From the NCBI GenBank assembly GCA_900659855.1, contig CAACVI010000001.1:113179-177178 (forward strand): a stretch of DNA of 64,000 bases, read 5' to 3'. Both the position numbers and the translations under genes were made by a program. Below are positions 10,001-17,094 of the stretch, in pieces; position 1 is the first letter of the stretch; each line of letters begins with the position of its first letter. The notes under the pieces are model-generated. The model did not search any database. It was not told where the DNA came from and worked only from the letters and a program-made list of their open reading frames with translations. Source of the stretch: Candidatus Desulfarcum epimagneticum (lineage in GTDB: Bacteria; Desulfobacterota; Desulfobacteria; Desulfobacterales; CR-1).

Positions 10001-13000
10001 CGCCCGAAAACATCATAAGTATAACTTGTCACGTTTTCGTTTTCATCAGTGAAGGTGGAAATTTTGCCAAACTTGTAGTCGTAAGTGTATTCTTTTGCCA
10101 GTCCGGTCACCGGGTATGCTATTTTGACGGGGTATATATGGGTTTGGGTGTCATAGCTGATTGTTGTCACATGCCCTTTGGCGTCGGTCACGCTTGTGCG
10201 GTTTCCGTAAATGTCATATCCAAAACGGATTGTCGGATTGACTCCCGAATCATTCACATACTCAATAGATTCCAGATTGCCGGTCCCAGGGGAATAGCCA
10301 TAATTCTTTTCTCTTGCCTTTCCGCTAAACTCCCCCTCAATGGCTTCTCCGGTTTTCCGCCAGGTCCACCCGTCTGCCCTGAAGCCATAGTTCTGGTATG
10401 CAAATGTCGTGGTGACGTCTTCTCCGTTTGTTCCCGATGTGATCAGCTGTGTGACCTGGCCGTGATCGCCGTCATACGCATAATCCTCCTGATCAAAAAC
10501 CGTCAGATCATCATACTGTTCAACGCGTTTCCGATTAAGCCTTGCAAACCTCCATGGATCGCCCGTTGAACTTTCGTGCGCCTCCCAGGTGTAATCTGAT
10601 CTTTCCATCAAAGTCCCCCTGGGGTCTTTCATCTTAAGCGTTTCTGTTTTCCCGTGCAGAAATTCACCCTGATGAAAATCAGCCTCTTCGGTTGTGCCGT
10701 CCGGGTGGGTCTTTGTCACTGTCCGGAAACCCCGGAATCCCCTGTTCCTGAAATTGAACAGTCCCCCGGAGTAGCTGAAGCCTGTCGTGGATGAATTCGG
10801 CAAATCATCAGGATCCGACATTCTGTCTCTTACCACCAGTTGAGACGCCACCGGGAATGAGAATGGAAGAAACGTGTTGGGGTATGCGGTGGAATGTCTG
10901 TAAGTGATGTCCGTTGTCCCGCCGTAGGCGCTGGTGATTTGCGTGATCAGATCAGTGGGAGTTCCTCCGGCGTAATAAAACTGGAAATTGGAAGCAGGTA
11001 TTTTACGGGTGGCCCATAAGTCCCATCCTTCAGTCCCATACCCGAAAAGAGCGTCGGCTCTGCCGTCGCCATTGATGTCCCCCCATGATGTGACATCTCT
11101 GTATACGTTTCTGCCACTGCTATTAGGAATGGTTGTGTTACGGACTGCCGCAAAAGTCCCGTCACCATTTGACAACTGATATTGGTAATTACCGTTCCCT
11201 CCACTTGGCGAGGGCCGCCGTATTAAATCAGCCATGCCGTCGCCGTTTATATCCGCCAGGTGGATGCCGGTGTCGGAGTCTTTAAATCTTATTCGAGAAC
11301 TGTGGGCGCTGTGCCATCTCCTGTCCCCACTATTAAGATATGGATACAATATCGCGTCACCGTGCATAGGATAATCAGGGGCATAATCCACACGCATGGC
11401 ATCCACCAGGCCATCGCCGTTGATGTCCCCCCATACAGTGGAAGTAATCGTCGGCCAGTGGGATTTATAAGATATCAGGCCCGTATTATACCCGGCGCCA
11501 AAGGTTCCATTACCGTTGGATGGATAACATTGATAATACCTGTTTTGGTTTGTTGGCCCATTGGGGTCTCCCACCACCAAATCAGCGAGACCATCCCCGG
11601 TCAAATCCAGCAATCCCGCTACCTTCGACTTAGGCGTTCTGCCTTGAACTCTTTCTAATATTCTTCCTCCAGCATGTTCCAAACTCACCCTTCCGCCAAC
11701 CGGCGTTGTGTTTAGATATACTTCTGCGTGGAGAAATACCTCGAAGCCACTTACATTTATAGATGTCACAACAGCGTCCTGTTTTCCGTCGCCATTGATG
11801 TCCCCCCACCATGACTTGGCCACGATTTCGATATCTCGCCTAAATCCCCCGAAATCATATGCTGTGAAAGATCGAGGCAAAGGAATGTCCAAGCTGACCG
11901 GGCTATTAAAAGTTCCTCTTCGATTGGACAAGCTATACTTTAAGACAGCCCCGCTTCCCGGATGAGCTTCCGCTGTCACCAGATCGGAAACGCCGTCTCC
12001 GTTTATATCCACCAAGGCGCTGTCAAGTAGCACCTGATTGCCATGGGTAATAGTCTGACCCCTGGAATGACTCGCCCCGCCCCCGTTCTGCCACACAAAA
12101 CTTTCAAGCGGCCGGCTTGTCGTGCCATCCGACCCATACATCGTCACGTCGGTTAAACGGGAACGCCCGGTATGAGCCCCCTGGTTATAAGTCAGCTGGT
12201 ATCTCCGAACCAGCTGCCCCCCGGACAGCCTGCTGTTTGCCGCTGATGTCGCATTTGAATAGACCTCAATGCGCGCCAGTCTTTTGGCCGTTTTCACAGA
12301 AAATTTTGTTTTGTAGCTGAGCGGGGCGTCGCTCCTGGTCTCATAAACAAAGTTGATATAATTACTCTCAAATGCTCCGACGGGGCCGCCGGTATAAACA
12401 ATCTGGTCAGGATACAACTGCCCCTGATCCTTGGTATAGTAAATTCTCATGTAATTCCTGTTGGTGTCCTCTATCTTCTCCAGACCCCATTTGAACACAT
12501 TGTCTCCGCTCTCCTGCCTTCCTACGGATCTCGCTCCGTAATAAAACTTTGTCCCGTCTCTTGCCGTCACTTCCCATCCGCCCGTCGCGGAGTCGAAATA
12601 ATACTTTGAGAATTCCTCCTCAATTTTGGCGCCGTAATAATCGGAACCCCAGTCAGACCTTGACGCCAGATCATGCAATCCCCCGTTTTTCATCACCACA
12701 TAATCGTCGGCGCTGTAGTCCACGCCTTTTTTTGAGCAGCGCTGGATGAACCCGATGTTCAAAAACCACCCCATTCCGACGATTCCATTTTTAACCGCGC
12801 TACTGTATTTAAGGGAGAGACCGGGCTCAATGCCCGCCCTGCCGGGCGGCGCGATGATGGGAACGCTGTATTTGACCGCGCCGGTGGCATTGCTGATCTC
12901 AACGTTGCTGATATCGATCTCCGGCTTAACATCAATATCCACAGGGGGCACGGGTGGAGTAGGCTTCGCACCCTCGGGAACCGATTCCCCGACGGCGCCG

Positions 13001-13254
13001 TTAAAGTCATCGGCCTGATCATCAAAACCTTTGTCATAATCGTCTTCCCCGAAATCCTGAAGCGGTTCGTCCCCCATATCTTCGCTTATGAAGTCCGGGT
13101 TAAAGCCGTCTTCTTCCCCCCGCCATTCAACGGCGGTTTCGAAATCCGGCGAATCCGCATATTCTTCGGCGTTTCCCACGGCGGGAATCAGAACTGTGTG
13201 AAGAGTGAAAACCAGGGCCAGCAGACAATGGGCGATTTTTTTTTGAACCCACAT
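7045..13254 (-). CDS. fused TcB/TcC-type RHS (YD-repeat) polymorphic toxin with signal peptide
   Basis: 2069-aa ORF preceded by a strong RBS (AAGGAGGGGA). It has a signal-like N-terminus and an SpvB-type block (KYSVPIIAPPGRAGIEPGLSLKYSS..GMGW). Six FG-GAP/VCBS-like DINGDG motifs and many YD repeats follow. The RHS core ends in LYDPVIGRFVTPD...NRYSYCLNNPLIYTDPDGH. Confidence 0.9.
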   Translation of the reverse strand: MWVQKKIAHCLLALVFTLHTVLIPAVGNAEEYADSPDFETAVEWRGEEDGFNPDFISEDMGDEPLQDFGEDDYDKGFDDQADDFNGAVGESVPEGAKPTPPVPPVDIDVKPEIDISNVEISNATGAVKYSVPIIAPPGRAGIEPGLSLKYSSAVKNGIVGMGWFLNIGFIQRCSKKGVDYSADDYVVMKNGGLHDLASRSDWGSDYYGAKIEEEFSKYYFDSATGGWEVTARDGTKFYYGARSVGRQESGDNVFKWGLEKIEDTNRNYMRIYYTKDQGQLYPDQIVYTGGPVGAFESNYINFVYETRSDAPLSYKTKFSVKTAKRLARIEVYSNATSAANSRLSGGQLVRRYQLTYNQGAHTGRSRLTDVTMYGSDGTTSRPLESFVWQNGGGASHSRGQTITHGNQVLLDSALVDINGDGVSDLVTAEAHPGSGAVLKYSLSNRRGTFNSPVSLDIPLPRSFTAYDFGGFRRDIEIVAKSWWGDINGDGKQDAVVTSINVSGFEVFLHAEVYLNTTPVGGRVSLEHAGGRILERVQGRTPKSKVAGLLDLTGDGLADLVVGDPNGPTNQNRYYQCYPSNGNGTFGAGYNTGLISYKSHWPTITSTVWGDINGDGLVDAMRVDYAPDYPMHGDAILYPYLNSGDRRWHSAHSSRIRFKDSDTGIHLADINGDGMADLIRRPSPSGGNGNYQYQLSNGDGTFAAVRNTTIPNSSGRNVYRDVTSWGDINGDGRADALFGYGTEGWDLWATRKIPASNFQFYYAGGTPTDLITQITSAYGGTTDITYRHSTAYPNTFLPFSFPVASQLVVRDRMSDPDDLPNSSTTGFSYSGGLFNFRNRGFRGFRTVTKTHPDGTTEEADFHQGEFLHGKTETLKMKDPRGTLMERSDYTWEAHESSTGDPWRFARLNRKRVEQYDDLTVFDQEDYAYDGDHGQVTQLITSGTNGEDVTTTFAYQNYGFRADGWTWRKTGEAIEGEFSGKAREKNYGYSPGTGNLESIEYVNDSGVNPTIRFGYDIYGNRTSVTDAKGHVTTISYDTQTHIYPVKIAYPVTGLAKEYTYDYKFGKISTFTDENENVTSYTYDVFGRPVRIDYPDDGQMTIAYTEYQEIVGVFSPAYLLTQIKETGSPTATVETVDQYEYFDGLGRVIRIVTFGENDPIIRPAVAKTILTKIHYDNMGRNHLTEGPAFSTNFTAATGAEASLPSEYPYVRNVYDHRGRLSRVEEPDPAPDAAPGAVIASSYAYSGLKTTVTDPDDRKRSEQTDYLGRIILVIEHMGADRTNTGYSYNAAGDLLNIYDHDGNETENHYDTLGRKTQMIDPDLGTWSYEYDLNGNLKKQTDAKGQIIKFTYDSLNRVDGKSVGNSGFYVYLYDQSPNGKGRLAGILKANLRANGKILIDVKHTYEYDQMGRKTKVTKNIRSNPYVTSYVYDFSGKLTSMTYPGGYTVVYCHVYGSGLISAVVGRWGTGSSDSVTHARFYQYTPDGKPGLISYNNGIFTKYEYNPLSTRLTRITTSRGRGATSVRLEDPHYELRQDKSYTYTPAGDISSIQDHLAGVTYTYSYDDLHRLVQETKTNNGGDDSGVSLTYNDIGNILRKTVGTNQFAYSYDAAHSHAVGSITLNGGTTYTFQYDQNGNMNFGWDFTNPAQVARRTISYNEENMPAGIARCVNDATTDTTFEYDGEGKRVKKAVTGGSTVLYINENYEINDGSPVKYIFAGNLRIAKIVPSTTTGGTVHYFHKDHLGSSSVTTDGRFLGMPPANRAQAVETSEYMPFGSMRAHTGSVVSDYKFTDQELDTSTGLYNYDARLYDPVIGRFVTPDTIVPDVYNPQSLNRYSYCLNNPLIYTDPDGHVGVAGAIFGGFVGAVTGFTTGMMTTDGNMKAAVVGGIVGGVVGVALGFVSPGTSSLGAATAARATLAATIDSAATGAASGAAGGAAAGILEAQEKGESVTKGAVKGAWEGAKSGAVTGPIAAVPGAMVTKMAGPATKFAGTAEKALGATTSFKASVLGKLGELFGRSKKSKARHGMGREEKSGPAGAQSASPQSQAGGKGGGDGKTSPGNQKSDDSDMGDIGP
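7048..7716 (-). other. RHS C-terminal variable (payload) domain, 223 aa, Gly/Ala-rich and glycine-zipper-like
   Basis: This is the sequence after the DPDGH boundary. It begins VGVAGAIFGGFVGAVTGFTTG...VVGGIVGGVVGVALGF (GxxxG-type hydrophobic repeats). Ala/Gly/Lys-rich low complexity follows, ending in an acidic tail. Confidence 0.6.
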
Positions 13255-13676
13255 AATCTCCCCTCCTTATATGCTTTGGGTTAATAATTTTCTAAAATTT
13301 TTAATCCATTAGTATATATTTACATAGACCATTTCAACCTTATTTATAGAAAAAATAGGAAGAATTTTGTAATAATAGAAAAAATTAGGAAAATTTGGAA
13401 AACTATTTTTCTAAATCTTGAAATATTCCGACTTACGTTTTGCGCGCGCAAAATAAGGCAAGGCACGTATCTTCGATCAACAAAACGCGTCCCAAAAATC
13501 GCCAAGGCCCGTCCGGACCGGGCGGCGATACGAGAAACCGGCAAATACGACATCAAATGGGTTCTGTTTCCGGAAGGCAATAACGAATCCATCATTTTTT
13601 TCTTGAATAAAATCCGTTCCAAGGCTATACAAACAAAAAAGGGCGTGGGGCATCCCCATGTTTTTTTTGTTCTCCG

Positions 13677-13726
13677 GGCCGTCAGCCTGTCACTCGCCAA
13701 AGTCTTCAGGCTGATGGCCTTTTTTT
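13677..13726 (+). terminator. intrinsic-terminator-like hairpin inside the A/T-rich region upstream of the RHS gene
   Basis: GGCCGTCAGCCTG, a 17-nt loop, CAGGCTGATGGCC, then TTTTTTT. The stem is 13 bp with one G-U pair. No convincing ORF ends here. Confidence 0.5.
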
Positions 13727-14580
13727 GCGCTGGAAAACTTGCCTGTTATTCGTCTTTAAAAAAAAATCCACCAAAAAAAACAAACGGCTCAACATTTTCC
13801 ACACAAAAAAAATTCATATTTTTCGGGTTGTGTCAAGGATTTCGAGGAAATATTTAAAATTTTGCTTATATTTTTATTCAATTATGAATCATTAAATTAT
13901 AACTTTTATGCGCAAAATCACGTTCAAAAAAGGGATTTGACGGCGCCAGAGAAGGGGCTTAAATAAAAAGCGAGAAGTTTTAATAGTATTTCTTGATATA
14001 TCAATGGATTAGAAGGAAAAACAGGGGCCTTTCCCGGGTTATATTTTTAATAAAAAATGACCGAAAAATTATCATTTTTGGCTTCAAAATTCGGCCCGAA
14101 CAGGAGAGGCTCGACCCGATTTTAAGATTTTTTGGGCTTCCATGCAGCGAATCCGGCGTTGCGACCGGCTTATGACCGGCGCCGAGTCCTCGGACCTTGT
14201 CGGCCCTGATGCCCTCGAACATACACATACTGTGACGACAAAAGCGCTCAAGCTTCTTGATGGGAAGAAGGTTGAAGGATATTTGCGTATTGAGAGAGTT
14301 TATGGTCAAACAGGGGGTTGTAAACAGCAAAGAATTTAAAAAGTGAACGGAACTCTCGGTAGAAGGCCCATTTTTCGGGGCTGGTCCATCGCCTATCCGC
14401 TCGGATTGATCTGGTGGCGCTCTTGGAGCTTGCCGCGCTTTTTTTTCGACGCAATGTTTTTCTCTCAAGGTTTTTTCAAAAACAGTCCGCTTTTTCCCTT
14501 GCGCGTCTATCCTGGAATGGGTATATTAAAAAAGAATGCGCAAAAGACTTTCAGGAATTTATAGATGCGAGGAACGGCCC

Positions 14581-15036
14581 ATGAGCGATGAAAACAGCCA
14601 GGCGCAAGCGCCTCAAATGGACATGCAGATGCTGATCGCCGGGATTATTCCCAACGTCAAGCATTTCGACAGCCGTTTTGATCTGCTCCAGGTTCAGATA
14701 GACGGCCTGAAAAATGGTCAGAACGAATTGAAGGACAGGATCGGACGCCTGGAGACAGGGGTGGACCGGCGTTTTGAGCAGGTGGACAAACGCTTTGCGC
14801 AGGTGGACAAACGTTTTGAACAGGTGGACAAACGCTTCGAGCAGGTGGATCGGCGTTTCGAGCAGGTGGACAAACGTCTGGAGCAAATCGCGGTTTCAAT
14901 TGATCGCCTGGGGGACAAGCTGGATCGAAGAGATGAGGGCCAGCGGAATTTTACGATCAAAATGTTTTCCATCGCCGTCACCATATCCGTTCTGGGAGTG
15001 TCCGGGGCGTTCTTAAAGGTTTTGGGCATCATTTGA
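14581..15036 (+). CDS. tail-anchored coiled-coil protein with tandem (R/K)RFEQVD heptads
   Basis: ATG at 14581 has GAGGA 7 nt upstream (the track ORF starts at 14536). Contains six 21-bp/7-aa repeats and one C-terminal hydrophobic helix (MFSIAVTISVLGVSGAFLKVLGII). Confidence 0.6.
   Translation: MSDENSQAQAPQMDMQMLIAGIIPNVKHFDSRFDLLQVQIDGLKNGQNELKDRIGRLETGVDRRFEQVDKRFAQVDKRFEQVDKRFEQVDRRFEQVDKRLEQIAVSIDRLGDKLDRRDEGQRNFTIKMFSIAVTISVLGVSGAFLKVLGII
14761..14886 (+). repeat. 6 x 21-bp tandem repeat (GTGGACAAACGYTTYGAGCAG-like) encoding the heptads
   Basis: Units read directly at 14761, 14782, 14803, 14824, 14845 and 14866. Confidence 0.9.
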
Positions 15037-15097
15037 TGGCGTCGTAAAAAAAATGCGTCGCAGCGCTTATTTTTAATCAAGGCATACTACTGTCATG

Positions 15098-15721
15098 TCA
15101 AGCGTTAAAAGTCGGATAAAGCCGACGCAGTTTTATTCGCGCGTCTTCAGATGTGAATTGCCAATTTACTTTGGCGTTTTTATTGTTTCTGGCTTTCTGC
15201 CATGCATGCGCTTCCTTTTTCACGTTTTGAATATCGTCAATTCTTCTTTTTAAACACTGCCCAATGAGAACATTTAATTCTATTTCAGCCATATTTAGCC
15301 AACTGCCGTGTTTTGGAGTATACACAAAATCGAATCTGTCCCATAATTTTTTTGCCTTGTCCGGTCGAAAAGTTTCATACAAAGCGCCAGGCGTATGTGT
15401 GTTCAGATTGTCCATGACCAGCGTTATCTTTTGAGCTTTTTCATAAGCCGAGGCAATTTCTTTTATAAAAAATGCCCAGTCTTTTTTTGTCTTTCTCTCA
15501 GTGATTTTTACCATTCGGTTTCCCGCAAGAGGCTCACATGCCATGAAAATATTACACACCCCGAAACGCTTGTATTCATAATCATACCTCTCCGGTTTGC
15601 CGGGCGACGCTGAAATAGGAATCTTTGTTTCTCCAATCAATTGTTTTGGCGATTCATCCATGCATATCACTGGAAACTTTGGATCAAATGGACGTTTGTA
15701 AACATCCAAAACTTTTTCCAT
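15098..15721 (-). CDS. IS630-family transposase, DDE catalytic part (orfB)
   Basis: 207-aa ORF with IS630/Tc1-like stretches (ICMDESPKQL, ITLVMDNLNTH, HGSWLNMAEIE). Confidence 0.75.
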   Translation of the reverse strand: MEKVLDVYKRPFDPKFPVICMDESPKQLIGETKIPISASPGKPERYDYEYKRFGVCNIFMACEPLAGNRMVKITERKTKKDWAFFIKEIASAYEKAQKITLVMDNLNTHTPGALYETFRPDKAKKLWDRFDFVYTPKHGSWLNMAEIELNVLIGQCLKRRIDDIQNVKKEAHAWQKARNNKNAKVNWQFTSEDARIKLRRLYPTFNA

Positions 15722-15756
15722 ATGCGCGACAAAGCTGCAATTTTGTTTCGGCGGAA

Positions 15757-16230
15757 TTACCCATCCTTTACGCAGCCATGGTTTGATTTCGTTTTTTTTA
15801 AAATGCCACGAATAGTTTCATGTGATACACTTTCAATGTAATCAAGCTCGACAACCTTTTCTGCCAGCAAACGCAAACTCCATCTGGAAAAACCCTCTGG
15901 GGCCTCGCTGCAACTCAGCGCAACCAAGCGTGCCTCGAAATCCCCGTCGGTTTTCTTTTTATATATACGACTTCCTTTTTTCCCGTTCAGTGTAATATCA
16001 ATACCATCTTCAACAAAACGTTTTTTCACGCGGTCAATTTTTTTCATACTGACGTTCAGAACTTTTGAAATCTCTTTGTTTTTAGAGCGATTTTTCTGAA
16101 ATTCACCATCATCACATCCAAGCAAAATTAATGCGTTAAGAATTTTTTGAGACTTATGTTTTCCCTTTGATGTGAGCGCCATAAGATTGTTTCGTTCAGC
16201 TTCTGTCAACGTTACTATATATTTTTTCAT
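15757..16230 (-). CDS. IS630-family transposase, N-terminal HTH part (orfA)
   Basis: 157-aa ORF ending just after an A8 run. A -1 shift in that run reads on as KKNEIKPWLRKGWVIPPKQNCSFVAHMEKV.. into orfB. This is either programmed frameshifting or a homopolymer error. Confidence 0.75.
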   Translation of the reverse strand: MKKYIVTLTEAERNNLMALTSKGKHKSQKILNALILLGCDDGEFQKNRSKNKEISKVLNVSMKKIDRVKKRFVEDGIDITLNGKKGSRIYKKKTDGDFEARLVALSCSEAPEGFSRWSLRLLAEKVVELDYIESVSHETIRGILKKTKSNHGCVKDG

Positions 16231-16435
16231 AATACGCCCCCCTTCGGCAATTATGAAAAATATAGCATACTTTATGCGACTTTACAAGCTTGACGTGACA
16301 CTACATGTATTGCCTCAATTAAAAATAACCACTACGCCTTGTATATCGAATTTTTAACTTAGCCATCCCAAACTTTTTTACGAGTTTATCATCATTTGAC
16401 TGATCCCTGGCCCCGCCCGTTTGATCTCTGAAAGA

Positions 16436-16892
16436 CGCCGCCCCGGCCCTCAGCCGCCGTCCGACGCCGGGTAGGCCGCCGACACCCGGGCGCCGATCCC
16501 CCCCCGGGCGGTGAATTCCCCCGTCACTTCCATTCTTTTGGGTTTGATCCTTTCACACAGATCGTCCAGTATCCGGTTGACCACATGCTCATAAAAAATC
16601 CCCACGTTCCGGTACTGAAGCAGGTAATACTTCAGGGATTTCAACTCGATGATCTTCTGATCCGGCGTGTACCGAACGGAAATGGTCGCGTAATCCGGAA
16701 GACCCGTCATGGGGCACACCGATGTGAACTCGGGCTGGCGAATCACGATGTCGATGTCTCTTTTCCCGCTGTAGGCGTAGTCGATGGGATCGAGAATCCC
16801 GGCCTTCACAGAGCCGGGATCTTCAATGGCATAGGGCGGTTTGGGGGCGGCTTTTTTTTCAGTCATGGCGAAACGCTCCTCACATGTCTTCA
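16436..16892. repeat. right copy of the 457-bp direct repeat
   Basis: Aligns to 5450-5906 (see the left copy). Confidence 0.9.
16450..16866 (-). CDS. queF: preQ0 reductase, copy 2
   Basis: Start taken at MTEKKAAPK (cat at 16864-16866), matching copy 1. The two proteins differ at 3 of 138 residues (A3E, D->G, E->D). The track ORF extends further upstream to 17040. Confidence 0.85.
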   Translation of the reverse strand: MTEKKAAPKPPYAIEDPGSVKAGILDPIDYAYSGKRDIDIVIRQPEFTSVCPMTGLPDYATISVRYTPDQKIIELKSLKYYLLQYRNVGIFYEHVVNRILDDLCERIKPKRMEVTGEFTARGGIGARVSAAYPASDGG

Positions 16893-17094
16893 ATGACGCG
16901 TTCAAATTCGGACTTCCTGGATTCGGCATATCAAATTTTCCCCGGCCCGGCCAGGGGTTTTTCGAAAAGTGTGGGGAATGTTCGCATGGCGGGGCGCTTT
17001 TTTGTTTTTGAAAAAAACTTGATTTAATATTTATTTTCACATAAACATTTCTTAAAATTAATTTTTAATCATCCTTTTTAAGGATTTCTATCAA

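Larger units (their letters stand above)
15090..16301 (-). mobile_element. IS630-family insertion sequence (about 1.2 kb)
   Basis: Imperfect terminal inverted repeats (C)TGTCATGTCAAGCGTTAAAAGTC and (G)TGTCACGTCAAGCTTGTAAAGTC. The target is the hairpin loop CATACTACATG, duplicated as TA (or CTAC), so the boundaries are +/-1 nt. Two transposase ORFs lie inside. Confidence 0.85.
15037..16389 (+). mobile_element. MITE-like repeat copy C2 (type A), interrupted by an IS630-family element
   Basis: The left end TGGCGTCGTAAAAAAAA follows the TGA stop at 15034-15036. The right end is ...TTTTTTACGAGTTTAT. A perfect 10-bp direct repeat CATCATTTGA lies at 15027-15036 and 16390-16399. About 139 bp remain once the IS is removed. 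Confidence 0.85.

Noticed and set aside
14001-14468. I considered whether ORFs 14001..14468 (-), 14248..14454 (-) and 14142..14339 (+) are real genes or transposase genes.
   Set aside because: They overlap one another, lack RBS signals and carry no motif I can assign. At best they are decayed remnants and are noted only under the A/T-rich-tract finding.
16867-17094. I looked for a preQ1 riboswitch in the queF copy-2 leader, prompted by the CCCCTGGCCGGGCCGGGGAAAATTTGA hairpin with an A-rich tail.
   Set aside because: The hairpin lies about 90 nt upstream of the RBS. It lacks the conserved loop C and the ACUA-type tail of preQ1-I as I remember it. The 26-nt leader shared by both queF copies has no such structure.
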